DNA of 64,000 nucleotides from Vulcanimicrobiota bacterium (GTDB lineage Bacteria; Vulcanimicrobiota; Xenobia; Xenobiales; JADMJV01): NCBI GenBank assembly GCA_050250895.1, contig JBFWNU010000001.1, positions 3,076,891 to 3,140,890 of the forward strand, read 5' to 3'. Shown piece by piece: positions 63,609 to 64,000 of this stretch (position 1 is its first letter; each line of letters starts with the position of its first letter). The notes under the pieces were generated by a model. It saw only the letters and a program-made list of their open reading frames with translations, ran no database searches and was not told where the DNA came from. The position numbers and the translations under genes were made by a program.

Positions 63609-63903
63609 ACCCGAAAGGAATTTCGCCTCGGGTCTTGGCCGCCTGGCAGCCCCTCGGGAGAGGGGGGCTGCCACTGCCCGCCGTGGCGCCTGAGCGGGGC
63701 TGGACGCGGACGTGGATTTTAACGCGGACGCCGTCTTCTGCACTTGAACGTGTGCGCCTGCTGGATCTCGAATCCGTCGTGCCAAGCTGCCGAATCGCGG
63801 CCACCCGCCGGGCACACCAGCCTGGCGCGACCCGCCAACTCCCCAGCAAGCCGAACCGACCCGCGCCCGACCTCGCCGGGCCTCGGGGCGAACGCTTGCT
63901 CGA

Positions 63904-63991
63904 GGTTGTGCGCCGCACAGTCCGGTTTAGGCAGTGTACGGCGCAAGTGTGCGCCGCCCATGACGATTTGCCTGGTGTACGGCGCACAACC
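63904..63991. repeat. short inverted-repeat (REP-like) element
   Basis: ggttgtgcgccg ... cggcgcacaacc, with internal tgtacggcgca/tgtgcgccgc copies. Confidence 0.5.
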
Positions 63992-64000
63992 CTGGCCGCG

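Overview
GC-rich bacterial chromosomal window of about 56 CDS with no rRNA, tRNA, CRISPR, transposase or prophage genes recognised. It contains a chemotaxis cluster (cheA-cheW-soluble GAF/PAS MCP-cheY-cheB-cheR plus a divergent CheY-like gene) and a yehI/L/M/P/Q-type WGR-DUF4132/MoxR/VWA/SWIM cluster interrupted by two antisense genes. Also present are a two-partner secretion pair whose TpsA ends in six unfamiliar RVPD[YF] domains, a class D beta-lactamase, a DEAD-box helicase, NDH-2, a GH3 glycosidase and two-component genes. Several proteins carry disordered N-terminal leaders, including RUS1-like and CarF-like enzymes that are best known from eukaryotes; this style tentatively suggests Ca. 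Eremiobacterota (inference only). The standout signal is about 1.1 kb without a credible CDS (about 62450-63575, minus strand), bounded by a perfect TTGACA-N16-TATAAT promoter and an intrinsic terminator. It is built from 3-4 tandem GNRA-rich modules about 340-370 nt apart whose stems show compensatory changes, making it a candidate undescribed large modular non-coding RNA. A candidate RAPP ribosome-arrest leader peptide precedes an APC permease. All assignments come from reading motifs by eye; no searches were run.
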